DNA from: Chiloscyllium plagiosum
Lineage: Eukaryota
Direction: 5' to 3'
NCBI RefSeq assembly: GCF_004010195.1
Contig: NC_057719.1
Coordinates: forward strand, 68,289,873-68,353,872
Length of the DNA: 64,000 nt
Both the position numbers and the translations under genes were made by a program. Under the pieces are notes generated by a model. The model did no database searches and was not told the origin of the DNA. It saw nothing but the letters and a program-made list of their open reading frames with translations. Position 1 is the first letter of the stretch; each line of letters starts with the position of its first letter. Of this stretch, positions 12,468 to 26,699 are shown one piece after another.

Positions 12468-12802
12468 GAGGCACGGAGATTTTGAAATGACGTTATTTCC
12501 CCCACCCCCATGAAATTTTCTTTGCAAAATCTGGAGAAGTAGGAATGCTTTTCAGGACCCAAAAAGTTAAATTTAGGCCTTTCTGGCACCCAACTGATTC
12601 TTGCTACCTTCCATAAAATCTTCCAAAGTTCCAACTTTAAGGACTCTTGTCAGAGGTTTCCAGATTAGAGATTGGCCCAATATCATTTTGAATTTTCTGT
12701 GAAATTTTCACAGTATAAAGTGTCAGAGATTCCATATCGTTGCAAAGCACAATTCCAGGCTGCTCTACTCCAAATATTCTTGGCCAATGGAATATCTGGG
12801 CC
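12468..12802. mobile_element. Possible Harbinger-type MITE remnant
   Basis: Ends in GGAATATCTGGGCC, similar to the GGGCTGAATTT / GGCTAGATTTTCC termini seen at 24379, 27254 and 47434. Confidence 0.3.
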
Positions 12803-13984
12803 ATTTTGTGTGTAGAATGGGGAATAGAATAGATAGTTGATCTTAAAAACCATGGAAAAATTAGTAAGTATGAGATTTAGAGGGGATGATTTAAAACTGG
12901 AGTGAATTGTTGAGTAAATGACCTGTGTTTTTCTTGTATTATGTTCAGAGGTAATCTGAGTTATTAGAAAGGCTTCCTGGATGTGGTAAGAGTACATATA
13001 GTTTTGACATGTTGGCTTTACAGGAGTTTAGGAGTTGAAATGAAAGAAGTGTTTGTTGCAAGATAGAAAATCAAGCTTTTTAAAGGCAATTTTAATTTGA
13101 CAATATTTATCCTATTGCAAAATATGGATAGGAAGATACTTTCAATGAATTTAATTTAGCAGGAAAGAGTAAGGTCATGCTTATTAGCATTGCCTAGCCA
13201 TGGTCTTCTTTACCTTGTTAATCTGGTCATTCAAAAATACTCTACCAAAATGTTTCCAGAGGATATCCTCCACATGGCAAATGAAATTACAATTATTACT
13301 CCTTGGATTCAGGCCATACCTAAGTTATATTGTAAATGCACCTGCAGTCATTTCTTTGTTCCAGTCACGAGCAAAATTACCTTGAATGCAATCTTCTTCT
13401 GAAAGGTTTTCTAATTTTTTGACCTTGACAACGTAATTTCCTTCTTGAAGGTTCATTGGTTTGGCTATAGACATTGAACCACAGTGAGGCAATCAAAAGT
13501 AACCTTCATGATATTTATAAAAATACCTCAGATTTAAATGCAAATATGTAATCCTGCATATATTACAAATTAATTGTTTTGCAATATATTTTAAATTATC
13601 TTCATATTTTTCTGATTCATACGATTATGGCTTTCTCATCTTGCCTTTAGAGTACATATTTAATGGTCTTCTATAGATTCACCTTTACATTTTTTGCATA
13701 GTTTTTAAAGATTTGAATATTAAAATTAACTCTAAAAATTCCAAGTTCAGTTTCGTTGACACACTGTGGAAAACAAAGTCAACTTTCTTGGCATATTCCT
13801 TGAGGTTTATAGCAACCCATGCTCTACAATAGTATTTCATAGGTTTTTATCTCGAGATCTATAACACTTGCATGTGTTCCTCTCCACTGTATCTTCATCA
13901 AAATATGATAATTATCTAATCACAGGCACACCAGCGGCTAGGCCTTAATCTCAGGAATTTACTCTGTGAACCGCTGTGTTATTT

Positions 13985-14160
13985 ATTCCCTCTCTTTAAA
14001 GCACTGCTTAGAACCCTCTCTCTTTTTGACCAAATCCTTGGGCCACCTGCCCTGATATCACTATATATGATTTGATCAAATTTTGTTTTGTATTCCCCTG
14101 CAATGCACCTTAGTAAGTTTGGTGTAATTAAGCTATCTACATAAATACAAGTGTTATTCC
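13985..14160 (+). mobile_element. L2-like LINE 3' end (decayed)
   Basis: CTCTTTTTGACCAAATCCTTGGGCCACC..ATAAATACAAGTG resembles vertebrate L2 tails. Confidence 0.5.
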
Positions 14161-17100
14161 TAATAAAACTCACATTAAGTTCATAAACTCATAGCCCTTT
14201 CTTTATACCCACAAAGTATATTTAGCCCAAGTTCTGGTTCTCTCCAAATGCCAGAAGGAATGCATGCTGTCCTGCTCATTTTGCTATCTCTTTCAGTTTG
14301 GACAATTGCAACTTTACAAATTCTATTTCATTTCCTTTCCATCTACATTGTGCCCCATGACTCTTCTGATCAGAGTTTGTAGTATACATACCAGAGGTAC
14401 AAGAGCTCATCCATCTGAAACTCAATTAATCACTGCTATCTCCTGAAAATGTTACCCTCTTTTAATCAAACTCTGTTTGCTGTTGTCTGACCAATTTGCA
14501 ATCTAATTTGTTACTTTGCTGTGGGTTTCATAAGCACCAAATTTTACTGAAGTGCTTTATCACAATCTATTTTAAAGCCTAAATCTATAACCTTCATTTG
14601 ATTTCCTACATAAAATTATTCCACAGCACAACCACAAAAATGTCCAATAAATTTGTGTCGCATTTTCTGACATCCCTGAAACTGTGTTGCCTTCCATTAA
14701 TCACATTGTGCTTTCAATGGAAGATCATGAATTGCATTTCCTATAATTATTTGAAGTTTTTTTTAAACCATGAATGCCAAATCTGTTGGTCTATAATTTC
14801 AATGCATTATGCTTAAAAATATTAATTTGCTACATTATTATGTAAAGTTTTTTTAATCTATGTCATGAGCAAAAACAATTCATTTTATTTGAGGGTAGCA
14901 TTGTGGCATATTCCATTGAAACAGCAAATTATAGTGTCACAGAATAGATTGTCTCCTGTGATCTCCAAAGGCTTGAGTTTCCAATCGCAGCTGTGATACT
15001 ATGGAGAGGTGCCAAGCCAACTGCTTGGTTGAGGGGGTGGGGGTGGGCATACCAGTGGTTGGTGGTTGGTTGGATGAGTGGTGGAACATGAATTAGAACA
15101 GCACTGGAGAACATCAAAACTGAGCAGTATTAACAAAAGTCGGCAACATTTGAACATCTCTGGCATGCTAACAGTTAGTTCTGACTCAAAGGCAAGAAAA
15201 ATATGCTATGAAAAGATATTAAAATTCTCAACATTGAAGTTTTTAATTGCTGAAAATAGTTCTGCTGTATTATGTTATTACTCTGAAAGCGTTTCTTAAA
15301 ATATATCATACTTCAGGCACCCTTTTTAGTTGTCCTGACTGTCCTGAAACATGATCAAGAGGGAGGGGCAAATTACTCCCTTTTAAAAAGAGCATCAAAA
15401 GTCCAACGTTACAAATCAAAATGAACTCCTATTCGATAACTAATGATTAGATACCCAATATGGCAAGTACAGGTCTGTACTAAAAATGTAACATAAAACA
15501 TAATAGTCAAAGTTGCATTCCAAGATGTTTGTTATGGACTGGTGGTCATTAATGGGTGATTAATGATACAGACTGCGGGACAAAAAGGGTGCAAGGTGAC
15601 CTTAGATCACTGAAATGCTTACACAGCAGTGGAAAAAAAAGTCTTGTTTATAAGTGAAACCAGCTTGCTGCAAGGAAGAATTTAGTTCATAGAACTAAAT
15701 GGGGAAAAAAAGCCATACCTGAATCAAATGTTCTGATAAATGGAACTTCAATGTACTGAAATTGATGCAAAGTATGTCAATTTGTGTAAATATTTAAAGT
15801 TTTATTTGTTTTAAGTTTTGAAGAGGTTCCTTGAATGTGAATTAATATTTCTTGACATTCATTACACAACGTTTTGATTTCACAATTCTTGCATCCACTT
15901 TGTGATATTGTCCATAAAGGAGATTTCATTTAAATATCACTATTAAAATTGGCAATGAAGCGTTACATTTAAGGGCTGTCTAACCGTCTCAGTATATCTA
16001 TAGCTAATTTATATTTTATTGCTACCCCCAGTTGAAGGGGAAATGATATAAACAATTGAAAGAAGTAAATAAATAAGAGCAACCCATCATTAAACGAATC
16101 CCCTCCTGAGTGTAAATTTAACTTAGCAAAGTGATATTTAATGTTTTTAAAATAATATTTATTCAAGTAAAAAGTCAATTTCTTGATGTTAGCTAAAAGA
16201 AAAAGATCAATAATGTTTATTTGGTTCCTAATACGGAATAAAAATTGCAGGAAGAACCTAATGATGTCTAGGTTCTATTATTTATTACTGAATTAGAATT
16301 AAAATAGAATAGTTGTATTCAAAGAGATGTAATTTAATGTGATCAACAGACTTTTTTTCTGTTTATAATTTTCGACTCTAAGTATTAAGAAAGAAACAGG
16401 CAGTGTCTTGGATATGAATCATCAAAATTATAACTTTTCAAACTGTACTGCTTTTCACATGTATAGATCAAGTTGATTCTATATTCTATTTCAAATATTT
16501 TCCCAATTGCATCTCTGCTTTATTTTTAACCTCAAACATAAAAATAAGCATTGAAGTCAGAGCAAATCACCTCCACAGGTGAAGAAGCAACTCCAGTTGA
16601 ATCTAAATAATGCTTTGTTACCATTTGAACTATCCTGAAAATTCTTTGCTTGAAATGACTATTTTTATTCTCTGAAATACTAGCAACAGTTTTGATGAAG
16701 TGCTTCCTCAGTCAAATTTTATATTGCAAAGAAAACCAAATTCAATGAAAATTTATTTTTCATTTGTCATGTGAGATGTATTTATAATGGGTCACACAGA
16801 GGTGAGAACAAACATTAAAACATATTTGAACTAATACCAGAACGTCAGAAAAAGCTCCAGAAGTTCAATCTGAGATAATCGCAAGATCTGGAATTTACAA
16901 TAACAAACTCTTAATAAATCTACCTGTCACCAGCCTTCCTCTGAGGGAGGAACAAAAGGTCATATAAATGGCCACATTCCATCATAAAAAAAATCAAAGT
17001 TAAAATGAGGTGCCTGGAGACTAAAATGAGAGTTTTAAGCAGCTGTAGTCCTTAAATTAGGTAAAAGTAATTTTAAAACTATTTGCTTTACCTAGCTGGC

Positions 17101-19698
17101 TATGTATAGATAATGATCTCAGGTCCACAAAGAAAAGGGTGATAAATGAAAGGATTCAAATTTTAAAAGTGGGTGACAAAAAATTCTTGATTCTTGTTCT
17201 ACATTGCCAGAAGTATAGAATAAGGCGCAGAACAGATTCCAGCCATGGAAAGAAGTTTACGCAGGTAGTAATTTGTCTATCCCCTAACGTGCCACTGCGA
17301 TATTGCCTCAGCCATGAAAATACAATGTGCTGTTGAAAACTTAGTTTCCTGTTTAGGTAAAAATAAATGATGAATGGTTTCATCTGTACACAGTGCCTAT
17401 TGTAATCTGTTTAATCGCTGAAAATAAGTGGCACAGCAATTATATGTGTGATAAATTTAGAAATGTGTGTTTCAATTTTAGACTTTTTAAAAAAAACTAA
17501 AATTAATCTCACTGTCATTAACAAAGTCTCTGCATTCTTGAACTATGGTTAACACCATTGATACCTCAAGTTGTTTATGTTACGGCAGGATGTTGCATAT
17601 GCTGCATAATCGTTGATTTTTCACAAAACAAAAGTCCAATTTGTTTGATTATTTTCCTGGTAATTTGTTGCTAAGCTATCTGCTTACATTAGTACAATTT
17701 TGTATTTATATTGCATCTTGAACATACTCAATGCCTGGAGACATTGTTGTAATCATATGAAAAATGGTCCATGAGTCACAGAAGGCTCTGCAATAGGACG
17801 ACTGACTGAAAGCTTGATTAAAGAGATCAATTTGAAGATAGACCTTTTTAATGTAATTTTCTGTTGAAATCAGCAGAAGTGTTGGCTAGTTTCATGTTGT
17901 ATTTTACCAGTGTGTATTAAGTACTATCTTTTGCTTTTAGAAGGAGGTTTTGTACTTTAGACACCAAATGTACTTCTCTTTCAGTGTATTTTAGCTTCCA
18001 TTTGCTTGTACTGAAAATAGAGAAAGAGGATACTCTTCTTTGGATGGGGAGTGGATATTTATTGTGGATCGCCATGGAATTCTGCCAGTAAGCATTTTTT
18101 ATGTGTGAGAAAACTGGTTAAAAATTGTGATTAATTTAGTCCCTGATTACACCCAACCACATTCCAAATGCTGAAGGCAAGCCTTCACTGTCACTAGGAT
18201 GCTTTACTTACTAAAAAGTAATTACCTTTGATTGATAATCATTTTGGTTTTGATGGTTTTTTTTCTCTCTTCCCTCTCTCTTGCTATTTGCTTCCACAGG
18301 ATATATTCCTGAAAACTGGAGTAAAGGGAAATGGAATTGGACTTTTTTTAAACCTCAAACTTGATCCTGGGAGTTTTGTGGGGGTGGGGGGAAAGCAGTC
18401 AAAGTCATAGAAATGATCTCATGCACGCAGATTGTGAACAGGAAAAGAAAGCTGCCGACTGTTTGCGTGCACAGATCTGGGAGCTGCCCTGTGCACCATC
18501 TATGCCAGGTTTCTGGCAGGAAAAGAGTGCTTTTTAAAGTTAATAAACTGAAGGATGCCGGGGCAAGAGGCTGGCGGCAAAGCAGCATAACCTGCACAAA
18601 TGAGCTCTAATTCAACCTAATGGGCATATCTCCAAAAAAGGCAGGGAAGCCTATGTTAATTTCAGCTGCAGGCTTGGATGAGCAGCTTTACACAATTCTG
18701 TGCTATTTACCCTTTTTCCTCCCTTCCCCTCGCTGCTTGATGGAAATCAGGAGTATCATGTTTCTCGAGCCTGGGGTTATTATGTTATTTGGGCAGGTCG
18801 AGGAGCTGGCACAGTTCCCACCTACCTGCAGCTGTGAGCTTAGTTAAGCTGCAGTGCATATATATTAAAAAAAAGAACATCTGTTTTTTTCAGAAAAGTG
18901 CTCTGAAAGTGGAGCGAATAGTTAATCCTGGGAATGCTTTTGGTTCATTTTAGTCCATTTTTCGGAAACAGTCGGAAAATCCCTTGCTCTCACGTCTTGG
19001 AAAAACAGCAAACTAAATGTGGGCATCAAGGAAGTATCATGATTGTTGCCCATGGGACTCTTCCTTTATAAAGTGAAGTGCTGTACGCATTAAAACAATG
19101 ACTCCACTAGAGAATAAGACTATTTTTAGTTTCTCTTATTCTTGGAGCTCTGCGAAATGTCCTAATTTAAGGGGCTACGGTCCATATATAGATTTGCATT
19201 TTACAGAGGAGAGAAAAAAGTCACTGACATCTACCACTCATTGCTTCTCCCAACCTCTGCTCCCCTTGTTCATTCGCAAAGTCATCTGTCAAGACTTAGT
19301 TGACTCATTAATTTTACAGTTGTGTTTTGATGGACAAGTATTTATTATCAGTGCAGGTATTGGTACAGCCACCAGTACTCCACAGGCACACACAATGAAG
19401 TAAAATCTGTCCAGTCTGTCAGAATGTCTTTTGCCCTAGCCTTGGGCTAAATAGTAGGTAAAGTTGTTCTGCCTTGTCTAGAAACTGATAACTGGGATGT
19501 AGCCAATTGCTGCCACTCAAGGCCTTTTATATGGTACAAAATGATTTGACTCTAATACAGTACTCCCAACAGTATTACCAGCACTACTTTCTGTGGCAGG
19601 AAGTCCAGCAACAAAATTACAGCCTGTAACCATTCAATTTACTTATGTTCAGCCTTGGCTTTAACGTTTAAAGGAAAGGGAGTGAGGGACGGGGTGTT

Positions 19699-21090
19699 AG
19701 GGGCAGAATTTTCACTCCTTGGTGTGGTGAGATTAATGGCGAATGAAATTACGTAACTTAATTGGGTGAGAGTGAAAAGATCAGATTCTCCTTTTTCAGA
19801 AAAGCTTGCCCAATTCAGTCCTTGAGCCTTAAATAGTGAGTTCAGAAACTTGCCCTTCCATGCATTTGCAGCTCATAAATACCCCAGCCTGCTATACGAT
19901 CATTGCACTTGCAATTCTCCTCTCCTTCATTGAGAAATTCGACAGGTAAAACAAAATGAGTACCTGGTAACTTGTCTAGTCAGTAGCTTGAGAAATGGCT
20001 GTGGAATGTGCCTCTCTAATGGAACAGGTTCTTCTGTGCAAGGTGTTTTCATTGTTTAAGGGCATGGAGCCTTCACGCATGTAACTTGGCAAAACAGCAG
20101 CCTCAAGACAATGTCATGCTTATACTCAGATCAACGCTGACATCACTTTTGTGCATCAATTATATCATTTGAAACAGAGAGACGACGAGATTGACATGCT
20201 TCTGATCGTTTGCTTTACACTCAGGGACAGGCAAGCATCTCATGGCATCCACAATGAAGCTGAGGTGCAGGCTGCTAACCTCTGCTAAAGGCCTTTGATG
20301 CTCGGTTACAAGCAGGCAGTCTGTATGGTTTAGTCTGAAATTTAGTGGAGAAGGGATGGCAGGCAGCTTGTGGCACACAGGAGCACAGAAGAGGTAAACG
20401 TATTAGACATACATGGAATGTGCTTGAAACCAATGGTTCTGTGTGAAAGTCAAATGGGAAAGTCAAATAGCAGAGTGAGGGTGAACTACAGTCAGTCAGG
20501 AAGTGCTGCTATGGTCAGTCAAGGGGTGATCGGGTTCTAGTTTAGGGATTGGGTCACAGATAGTGCTACAGGACAAGTCCAAGCAGTGGGCATGGTAGGT
20601 GAGTCAGCTGGGGTGCTGTTGAGAGATTGGTCTGGAGGACCAATTCTGGTAAATTGGAGCTCTCCTGCTAAATCATTTCTGGCAAACTGTATCAGTTATA
20701 GAGTTTGGTTGCAATTACTCGGGGAGCAGTCCGTGGTGTCCTGAGGAAAACAAGCACATCCAGTTGGGGGATGGGCTGCACTTTCAGGGCTGCTGATGGA
20801 ATGGTTACTGACAGGGCCAAGTGCAGATGGCCAGGTGGGATTTTATAGTTAATGGTAACTTCCAAAATGTGGAAGGATGTGAGAGTTCAAACAGGATATG
20901 GTCACCTTGACCTCTACATGGGAAGGCTGTAGGGCCATAAAGGGATTTATCAAAGACTTTGGGGATAAAGTGGGCAAATTAATAGTAATGGAAAGTGGCC
21001 CAATTGAAATGGTGGGGATGGGATGCTGCTGAGGAGTCACTGGGACCACAGAGATAATAACCCAAAAGGGAGTGTGAAGAAGAGGAAAAT
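19699..21090. mobile_element. Probable decayed Harbinger-type element
   Basis: Starts GGGGCAGAATTTTC (terminus-like) and is GC-richer than the flanks. A weak VEVKVT..LN motif on minus at ~20880-20920 resembles Harbinger nuclease N-terminal helices. Confidence 0.3.
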
Positions 21091-21749
21091 TTGATATGTC
21101 AGTTGGAGGCTACAAGTTACACAAGCACTGACACTGAACCTCACCATTTTGGATTGAGCATCAACTATTCAATAACTACACTGCAATGCCACCTATCTGC
21201 TTTTAAGGCTTACTACATCTGAATGGCAGTAATTATCAATGAATGCTCATAACCATTTGGGCTTCAAGGAATCACGCGCATCACATTGTGTGTGTTAATT
21301 GTCTCCTTGACATGTCAGCTCAACGTCTTATTTATATAAAGGAACTTTTTAAATAAAATGTGAATTTCCCATTTGGCATCAGAATTTCATAGCAAGCTTT
21401 GGAAGACAACACATTGTAGCTACTAGATTCTCACGCAGAAAAGTAAATCTACAAAGACATGGATGGTGATGTAGAAATAACTTTTTTTTGGGGCGAGTGC
21501 ACGATGGCCTACTGACCAATGTCTACTCCCAGTGATGCATAGCAAACAACTTTGGTTGTTCACTCTGCAATTGGATAAGGTCATCCAACCTCTGAACCCC
21601 TTCTCGAGACATTACAATGATGTTCTCGTGAAGTTTCCATGCCACACTGTAAGGTATCACATTCAGCTTGATTGTTACGGGTGTACGGGGGCTCAGACAT
21701 TCTTTCAATAACACTGCATCATCTCTCTGCCTTACCCCATTGATTGTTG

Positions 21750-22905
21750 CTTAATGGAGCTGAAATAGCTGAAGCCTTGTCTGGTTTCGTGGTGGTCTTG
21801 ATGCTACTCTGAAGAAACCAGAGAAAGAGAGTGGCTGAAAGAGCCCCGAAAGAACTGTAACAACAATTGCTGCTGCTCAAGAGAGAAACAACAGGAGAAG
21901 AACCATCAAGGAGATGCAGCCAAGTGATAAGATTCCAAGCATCAGCTTCACTGAAATTGGGTTCAAATGTGGTAATAACAGTGCCAACAATGTATCAGGA
22001 TGTCCCACTCCATCATTTCAGATCCACCTGCTGCTAGAGGAGGACCTGTGCTGACAAGGCCTGGTACCAATCTCAGTCTGGTGTCTGTCAGTGTCACTGC
22101 TGCCTTTAACATTTATGCTAGCAGTTCATTTTCAGGGAACAGTTGGTCTTAAGTGTATGCAGGACGTCACTGATGCAATATTTTTGCCAGCACAAAGCTC
22201 TTCATATCCTTCTGCTTATAAATGATACTAAAGCAGCTGGGATATTGGGATTTCCACTGTAAGGTACAGGGTGCTATTGACTGCGTTCACATTGTCTTGA
22301 GAGCACCCTTTCAGCAATCTGTAATGTTTGTGAACAGGGATTGATTCTGCACCACAAATGTTCAAATAATTTGTGATTGTTTGAACCAGTTTTTGGAAGG
22401 CTGTGGCAGATATCCTGGGACATGCGATATTACGTATTTACTGGAAAACCCAGGCACCAGTTTCCTTTCAAGGTCCTTATGGGTGGGTGGTACCTCCTCT
22501 AAACATGACTCATGACTCCTTGAAGATAACTACAGATGGACATAGATAGAAGGCACATTGCTGCCAACTGTTCCACCACTACCATAGTAGAAGAGGATGG
22601 AAACTTCTTTTGCAAGGGGCTTTGATTGCTGGATCACTGTGACAGGGCCTTGACTTATAGCCCAGAAAGGGTGTGCCACATCATTGTGGCATATTGTGCC
22701 CTTCACAATTGGAGCCAACAAAGTCGGGAATCAGGGAAATGTCCTGGATGAAGACTAAATGGGTGATTGACAGCACACTTCTGAGGATGAAGATGAGACA
22801 GATGATTAGGACATTAATGAGAAGGGTAGATTAAGAGCACAGACAAAGCAGTGCATTGTCAAGCCCAAGAGGCAGAGACCACCTTATTGCCACTCACTTC
22901 CAGCT
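21750..22905 (+). pseudogene. Harbinger DDE transposase (HARBI1-like) remnant
   Basis: From 22264: VQGAIDCVHIVLRAPFQQSVMFVNRD*FCTTNVQIICDCLNQFLEGCGRYPGTCD. From 22644: RALTYSPERVCHIIVAYCALHNW, then an acidic tail and RDHLIATHF. Multiple stops and frameshifts. Confidence 0.85.
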
Positions 22906-22917
22906 GGGTTCAGATTT

Positions 22918-23140
22918 CATAGAAATCATGAATCCCTGCAAGGTGGAAACAGGCCACTTGGCCCATCGAGTCCACACTGACCTTCTGAAGAGCATCCCAC
23001 CAGACACACCATCCCGCCAACCCTACCTGAAGCCTGAAACCCTGAATTTCCCATGGCTAAGGCACATAGCCTGCACATCCCTAAGACACTGCAGGCAACT
23101 TAACACGGCCAATCCACCTAAACTGCACAACTCTGGACTT
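22918..23140 (-). mobile_element. HE1-like V-SINE, 5'-truncated
   Basis: GTGGAAACAGGCCACTTGGCCCATCGAGTCCACACTGACC..GGCCAATCCACCTAAACTGCAC matches the 3' half of 6192-6510. Confidence 0.75.
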
Positions 23141-23884
23141 TCATTTGGTCGCTTGCTAACCTGTTGCTCACCTGATAGGCAGATTGCTTAATATGTTTGA
23201 ATACTGTCTAGGACAGCATTTAACTTGTAAAAGGCAGCACTCTAGTCCCCTGAGAAAAACTTTATACTGTGCTGTGAGGGCCTGAGGGCATGTGAGCTGC
23301 CTATTGAACATCTCACAGCTGTGAATGTTAGCACACTGCCTTGAACTCACACAAAGGGAGAACCTATGAAGAGGTGTGGAATGACTTCTCAATCTGCACT
23401 CAATCATAAAGTAGGTGTAAGTGTGGAATGACATGTGCAGGCTGAACGTTGGCCCATTTCCTGAGAATTGCCTTTAGCTTTATTGTCATCCGCATTAAAG
23501 TACAATGCCAGCATGAGTCTTGTGGTGATCCTGCCTCTGGGCCAGAAGATCTGGGTTCAAGTTCCACCTAGAGATGTACCATAACAGGGCCAAACAGTAA
23601 AATAGAAATTCAAAGTAAAATAGAAATGGTTTTAATTGTTGCTTGGCTGGCATCCTCAAAGGTAAAGTTCAAGGATCCCTGATACCTAAGGCTATCTGTG
23701 GTCAAAGAGTCTGAGGCTATTTGCCATCAAAGGGATAATTATGCTGTCAAAGAGTCTGTTGCATGTGAAGGATAGTCAGTGTTGGGTGATTGCAACATTC
23801 TTTCATTCTTGGTTCCTCATCTTGAGGAGGTTCCTCATCTCTCTCATGGTGTGACTTAGCAGAGACAAGATGGTACCACCTAAC

Positions 23885-24100
23885 CTTGCAAATACAGGAG
23901 ATCATTGGTTTTCTTCTGGCATTGCTTTTTGACACAGGATGCCACATTGATCAGTGCTGCTAATTCTTTCCAGGCAATCTGGGTCTGTTGAGATCCTTGT
24001 AGAGAGAAGAGGAGAACTTCTTCAGGGTGGGAAGAGGACGGTCATTTTGTGCATCATATAATCCATCAGCATCTTCAAATCCATCTCCAGAAAGCAGGGA
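23885..24100 (-). pseudogene. Myb/SANT-like DNA-binding protein remnant (Harbinger ORF, NAIF1/MSANTD-like)
   Basis: PCFLEMDLKMLMDYMMHKMTVLFPP* ... QQTQIAWKELAALINVASCVKKQCQKKTNDLL fits the F..DL..L..VLFP..AW..A..N..QC.K..NDL pattern. Confidence 0.75.
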
Positions 24101-26699
24101 ATGAGCTATGCTTTCTTCTATGAAGATTTGCTCACAGTTTAGTGATGAGCATCGTAGTGTGAGTATGGCTTGCAACATCACAAGTAGTATCGAGGTGGGC
24201 ATTAAATGTGTTACCAGAAGCTTGGAAGCTTCCAGCATATATTGCCATCTCACTTGCCATGAGACTCAACAAGAAATGCACCCAACATCTTACTTGCTTT
24301 ATTTATGAAAAAAATCTGCCAGCTGTACCAGAGCTGATACCATGAAAGTTTCTTGCCACCACGTTTTAACTGCATATGGGGAAATTCAGCCCAAAATGTT
24401 CTTTCTGTAGATGTTGTTTAGATTGACAGAGAACCCCTTGAATTGCATATAAGCCTGTATTGGGCAATGATCAATGTGCATTAAACATGACCATTTAACA
24501 CTGGACAATACTGTAACAAGAACAATGCTATCAGGTGCAGTATTATTTCACTGTATTACCTCAATAAATTATATCTTTAGTTGTTTCAAAGTTACAGCTG
24601 TTTTTACTTTAAAAATGTTATGGGTATTGAATAAATGTGCAATTCAAAATTACAACTTTTCATTCTAAAGGTAGAATTAATAATGGAATATTCTGGTAGT
24701 GTCATTTGACTTTTAATGTTTGGTCAGTATAATTAGGATCATGAACTTACATTATTGAATTATATCTTGGTTTGCACCCCAAATCTAAGTGCATCTGCAG
24801 TTTGCACACTTTTTGGTAAAGCAACATGAGTTGGATTTTTAAAAACACACATAGTTAAAGGTTTGTCATAATATCTCCGATTCACAAGATTTTTCGAAGC
24901 TATCATATTTCACAATAAACTTTCCACTCTGGAACACACCCTTAGGTAGTGCAGGATCACAATAGGTCTGTGCATCCAGCTAAGAGTTCTTGGAGACACA
25001 AAGGTTAAAGGGTTTTCCTGGCTGTATTTCTTCCGGTTCCACTTATTCCATATGTCTGCCTGCACTCCTGTTGCTGGCTGATTTTATTTCAGGAGCTTCA
25101 TTGTGGTTCTCCCCATTGCAACCCCTTCAGTGAAGGTTACAAGTACCTTTTTAAAGGACCGTATCTTAATCTGCTGTCAATCATTACCACCTTGACAGGA
25201 TGTGATATATTAATCCCGTGATTTGTATGCATTCTACTAGCAGCAGGAGTAAAAGTCAAATATATATACTTAACCTCCTAGTTAACATTATTTGTATACA
25301 GCCCTCTCTTCAAAGAAGGGAACCTACATTTTTGTTTCACCAATCCTTGTCGTGTGATTGGTATGTTTACATCAAAGAAAGAACTTAACATTTGGCATCT
25401 GAGTCAGGTCGCAATCCCATTGTGCAAGTTTATAAAAAGGCTTCTATTGTCACTATAAATCCCAGTACAGAAATCATGCAAACATGTCAACTGAACCAGG
25501 TGCTCTGAGAAGCCAAGGCAAGTATGGTCATGGGAGGGGAAATTGGAGACAGACTCACTGAGGAAGAATTTAAGGCAGACCCGATTGGGAAATGAAGTAA
25601 AAATTGACGGCCGATAGCAGGAGGGAGGAGGAAAATAATTGACTAAGTACAGTTGTCTGTTATTTAGAAGTTTACCAATTACATCCTGTAATTTTAACAT
25701 GGCGTCTTGTTTCTGTGCCATTTGGCTTGCTTGCAGCATCCTGTGCAAAATGAACACCTGGCTCTGAATCCGGTATGTGTTGTTATTGTATAAAAGAAAT
25801 CATTTCCACATATAAATTCAGACTTGCTTTGTGCAAATGCAATGTATTTATCCCTCAGTTGCTGGTGTGACAGGATGCAATCTTTCAATCCTAGCATTTA
25901 ACTCATTGAGGCAAAACAAAAATCACAAAATATAGACAATGAATAGCAACTTAACCAAGACCATTTAACGAATGCATTCTGCAAAAAAATTAATACCTCC
26001 ACTTCCCACATCACTTTGGTCCATGTTCCATTCAAATTGGAGTATGTCTTCCTTGCGTCAGTCAACATTGCCAAGAGGTGTCTGAAAACAAACTGAAGAG
26101 ACCTGGTAATTCCTTTCATGGTTGACTTTTGGAAGCTGGTGTATATTTTTTTCATTGCTTCACTGAATGACATCTCAGATTGAGACTGGCAAACACAGGA
26201 ACAAAACATTTATCTCTTTCTTAAAAATTCTTCTCTTTGGCTGTCAGTATGAAAGTATTTTCCACGTAGATCACAAAAGCAATTAATATTATTAAATGTT
26301 CACAAAATAGTTGCCTCAGTAGCATGGACAACTAGAAAAAGATTTCACCTCCACGATGCAATTGTAATGTAAAAGAACAATTAAAAATTCAGATTGGATA
26401 CAGCATGTTGTTAAAATGGTAATGAGATAGTTTAATTACTTATAGAAGCCTAATTAACTAAGTGTTTTACATTTTTATGTTTATAATCATCCTCATTATT
26501 GATATTTTGAGTGAATTAATTCTTTGGATTAAATTTAATTGCACTGGGAACAGTGAAACTTCAGTGTATTTCCTTTTGGAAAGAAAAACTTGAACTAGTT
26601 TATGACTTATGGATTATCAGATCATTTTCATGTGCTGAAGAAGCTCCTCGTTACTGCTCTCCACTGATTATCATTGAGGGGTCTCAGACTTTGAAAGGT

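Larger units (their letters stand above)
21357..24392. mobile_element. PIF/Harbinger DNA transposon (two convergent genes, both decayed)
   Basis: TIR-like TGAATTTCCCAT at 21361-21372 and ATGGGGAAATTCAGCCC at 24376-24392 enclose nuclease and Myb/SANT remnants. Confidence 0.75.

Noticed and set aside
21750..24100. Host genes HARBI1 / NAIF1
   Set aside because: Multiple stops and frameshifts, and enclosure by TIR-like ends, indicate a transposon fossil rather than domesticated genes.
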